A DNA stretch of 64,000 nt from Trichoplax adhaerens (Eukaryota > Animalia > Placozoa), in NCBI RefSeq assembly GCF_000150275.1, contig NW_002060952.1, positions 1,014,482-1,078,481 on the forward strand. Direction: 5' to 3'. A program made the position numbers and the translations under genes. Shown in pieces: positions 60,061-64,000 of this stretch. Position 1 is the first letter of the stretch. Every line of letters begins with the position of its first letter. The notes under the pieces are model-generated. The model did no database searches, was not told the DNA's origin, and saw only the letters and a program-made list of their open reading frames with translations.

Positions 60061-63000
60061 GTATTGCAAAGAGTCAATTTGATTCATTCATTTGATGATC
60101 ACTTTTTACTGACACTTACATAGTCAAATGTAGTCTATCGCTAAAGACGTGTAAGGTGGATAAATGATAGGGTGTGCTAATATTGACTAATAGGTATGCA
60201 ACACCAACGCTAAAAACTTTATCTGATCCAGTCTTAATTATAGAGTATACTATTGCTAATGAAGTTGATAAACTGGAATACTGTATTTACCTTATTGACA
60301 ACAACTATTACACTTTCAATACAGAACATTTCCTCTGCTAGCTGCTGAAATTTGATTCAATTTGCAAAAATCGCCAATGTTTGACATGTTTATTAATGTT
60401 ATCATATTACTTTATATGAGATTGCGTATTGCTATCAAAAGATAGGTTAAGATCAGAAGACATAGATATCATCATATTCTACTTTATTGCATGCAATAAT
60501 GAGACTATTATACCACACGAAAAAATAATACTATAGCAGTACCGTAAAATTGTTAGCTTACAACTTGGCTTATCAGAATGTTTTTGAATGAAAATTTTTT
60601 ATATTTTGTAAACAACACTCAGTTTTTGTTCGCCTTCAGGGGCTATTTGGTTTTTATTTATTAGTCATATCATCCAGTCTGTTTACATTTTATAACTAGA
60701 ATCAGTTTTAATATTATTTGCTAGCTTATTATTAAATCTAGCACAAGTGCAGTAGGATAGAAAATGGGGAATTATGCTTTATGATATTTAAAGTGTGGGT
60801 AAAGCATGATTTCTTTATAGCAAAATAGAATAAGACATTGATAGAGATTGATAGCTTTTTAACTGCAATATAACAAGTATACTCATCATTCATATTTTGT
60901 AGTGAGATAGGTAAAACTACTGATAGTAGTTGGGATGGGAAGTCGTTGTTGTTATTATTGTAGCATGTATAATTTTTCTTATATACTCTTATTAAAATTC
61001 GTATTACTTGATTATAGGCCGCTGTTTTTCTTATACAATAATATTGAAATTTGTTTACAACATGTGCCAGTAGTATAATGATACTCTGCAAAATCTATTT
61101 TGTTATTCCATATTTCAATCAATACAGTTAAAAATACGATTCATTAACTTTATTGATGGTTTATTGCAGTATTGTAGACTTAGCCTTTTATCTATTGTTG
61201 ATATTGATGAGTAGCCCTTGGAGTTCATTGATCGCAGCTGGAGTGGTTTCTAATTATAGTCTATAAAGTGTCTGTATTCCTTCCAGTTACAACTATATGA
61301 TTAAATAATTTCCGTTAGGTTAACGACTCTGGTCAAGAAATAATCATATCTTTCCTTTCCAGCTAAAGTAATAGGATATAACCGATAATATTCTACAATA
61401 CTATAGTCGTAAGAATCAAAAATTACATTTAAATCTAAAATTTTAAATTCTTTACAGTAATGTAAAACAATACCCTAGGAGAGCTGAGTTAAGATTTGAC
61501 GGATAGACCTTATATCGTCTATCATTAGAAATTGCTTGATAGCGACTACTCTATACGATTCAATAGTAATGCAATAAGATATTATGAAAAATACAAAAAT
61601 AACTTGTTTCGATTGGTTAATATTTGATTTTATTTTATTCCTAGGTATCTCATACTGGTAGTTGTCAGATTATGATTGACTTGACAATATTTATTCGTTA
61701 CAACCTATTGAATTTTCATTAAAGTACTCCATTCTATAGAATTAGATAAAGATCAAAACAATTTGTTATTGAGGATCAACAACAAAATGACAATAAAAAG
61801 GGTAGCCCGCCTCTATTGATAGAACTGTTATTACTACAAACTTTGACATTTGTACGAAATTAAAAAAAATAGAGCATTATAATTCAATAGACTTTAAGAT
61901 AGAAAAGCCCATCATAGACTAGCCATATTTTGTATATTGTTATAGATAAAGCAAGCAACAAGAAGTAATAATAGAAATAGTTAAAAAGACCGAGTGGGTT
62001 GTTTATTCGTATTATTGAAGTTGAATTTTTTTTGTAATTAAAATAAGTTGTAATAGCTATATAAGAAGATGATCCCATTGGCCTATCTTATATTCCCTTA
62101 TGCAACAATTAACTCCATGCATAGTTCTATTAATAAAATACACTGCAGTTGTTGTTTTCAATTTCATCATACCAATCTATGCAGAATATTATAATTCAAA
62201 CCAATGTATTATTTCCATTGATGGAAGTTAAGTTTATATTATAGAATTATCAAAAAAATGATCACGATATTAATTTCATAACTTCCACTTCTGTACCAGT
62301 AAAAAATAGCTAGTCGATAACACTCATTGCTATATGCATAGAATTATTGCGATACTCCATTAAAAAGATATACAGTAGTTATGGACTATTAGATCCAATT
62401 TTTTTTTCTTTTTCTAAAAACGTAAATGTAAATTATTATTGGGTATTGAATTATTTTATAGAAAAGGTTGACTATTTTTAATTAAAAACACCATACATTA
62501 GCTTTCATCAATGGTGCGACTTCTTATTGCTCATTAATGACAGAAGGGTATTTATTTTTATTCCTAAACGTTTATTTTATTGATCAACATCAATACCATT
62601 CATTTTTAACTACACTATATGTTATTTTGTATTCAGCTCTATAGTTTGATTTGAAATAATAAGTAGAAAAATATGTTTTTACATTATTTCTATATACGTT
62701 CTGCACAAATAAGGGTCGATCTGACATCTGTATACATATTATGGCTATTTTAGTAACATGCGCGGATATTGTATTTTTGTTACAGTGCTTTGATTGCCTG
62801 GTTCTAAGTAAAAATAAACTACCCAAATTTCTATCTACTTAATTGAAAGTGCAGTAGAATGCTCTAAACTGCTGTATATGGGGTTACGGGAATGAAATGT
62901 AACTGTATCAATTTTTATGCATTTATCTTGACTGACATAAATATCTCAATTTTAATCGATATTGCTCTTAGTATTTACTACACAATTTGTTTTCAATGCT

Positions 63001-63367
63001 ATTTTCATAATATAGTTAAAATCCATTGATTTTATCTATCCACCTAGCCCACACACAAATATTATGATCAAATATCCTAACAATTGTTTAATTTTTAATA
63101 TCAACAACCAATGGCCATTATATATGATAACATTTACGATTAAAAACATCAGTTATACATGTAAGGCCACATGAATTGCCAAACTGCTATTAACGGTAAT
63201 AAATTGCAATTGGAAATTGGTTAACACATTAAATAACGGCATTTTGCGTATCTTTAGTTCTATCATATAGTTCGATAGCTATTCATGGATAATGAATTAT
63301 GATGTTGTTATAAATTAATCAGCCATGCTAATAAATATATCTCATTTCTACTGTTGTCAACTTTTAG

Positions 63368-63958
63368 GACATGTTACAATTAATCAGCTTGGTGGCGTGT
63401 TTGAAAATGGAAGGCCACTGCGTGAAGCAATACGTCGTCATATCGTTCAATTAGCTCAAAGTGGTGTTCGTCCGTGTGATATATCACGCCAATTACGAGT
63501 ATCACATGGATGTGTCAGTAAGATATTATGTCGATATTATCAAACGGGTTCTGTTAGCCCAGGTATTATTGGAGGAAGCAAGCCTAAGGTGGCAACACCA
63601 ACGGTAGTTGATAAAATTGCTGAATATAAAAGGAATAATTCAACGATATTTGCGTGGGAAATTCGTGAAAAATTGCTAGGCGATAAAATTTGCGACGCTA
63701 GCAATGTACCTAGTGTTAGTTCAATCAATCGGATTGTCAGAAGTAAAGTTCTCAGCGCCTACAAGTATAACGACGGCAATCATAGCAGGAAACAATCAGC
63801 TCTCTCTACTGGAGTAGAAGCATCATGTCATTATAGAATTAACGACCTATTAGGTATTCCACAACCCCAGACATCATCTGTTGGCCATTACAAGACTGTT
63901 AATTCATCCATACAAGCTAACGATGCGGGCCTTGTTAACGATTATACGAATAAATCAA
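63368..63958 (+). CDS. PaxB: PaxB (Pax2/5/8-class) paired-domain plus octapeptide exon; gene continues beyond the window
   Basis: TTTTAG|GA CAT... reads [124 protein letters not shown]. The Q42/R44/H47 signature (SRQLRVSHG) and octapeptide-like YRINDLLG are present; donor A|GTAAGT at 63958. Not in the ORF track because the frame has no stop before the window end. Confidence 0.95.
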
Positions 63959-64000
63959 GTAAGTTAAATTGGTCCATACTATTGTTATTATTAGTTGGTG

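Noticed and set aside
47300-63300. Short ORFs 48291-62826 as small proteins or neuropeptide precursors
   Set aside because: AT-driven I/L/F/Y/N composition and no signal peptide with repeated dibasic-flanked peptides.
63540-63728. 62-aa minus-strand ORF
   Set aside because: Antisense of the PaxB paired box.

Overview
AT-rich, intron-dense animal DNA. The gene content and short GT-AG introns suggest a placozoan such as Trichoplax; this is an inference. I assembled five spliced genes by hand: a complete 21-exon PKD2/TRPP channel (-, 1436-12290); two tandem 13-exon SLC6 Na+/Cl- symporters (-, 15414-~21805, 5' end lost near assembly gaps, and 26975-33370); a complete 23-exon MELK kinase (+, 41549-47282); and the paired-domain/octapeptide exon of a PaxB (Pax2/5/8-class) gene (+, 63368-63958, continuing past the window and absent from the ORF track). 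The most striking non-genic signal is patches saturated with TA+CAGTA, TA+CTGTA and related 5-bp units in mixed orientation (22.1-25.0 kb, 39.8-40.6 kb). Two copies of one ~1 kb block differ largely by such insertions at TA sites, which is the canonical Tc1/mariner excision footprint. The patches may therefore be a cumulative record of transposon visits at promoter-like DNA. Other observations include a 62-bp perfect palindrome, a long hairpin, a MITE relic, a GC-AG intron, duplicated KEN boxes in MELK, a CCAAT/CHR-type promoter, and PKD2-MELK-PaxB linkage echoing human MELK-PAX5 and PKD2L1-PAX2. Most ORFs in the supplied track are exon read-throughs or spurious.
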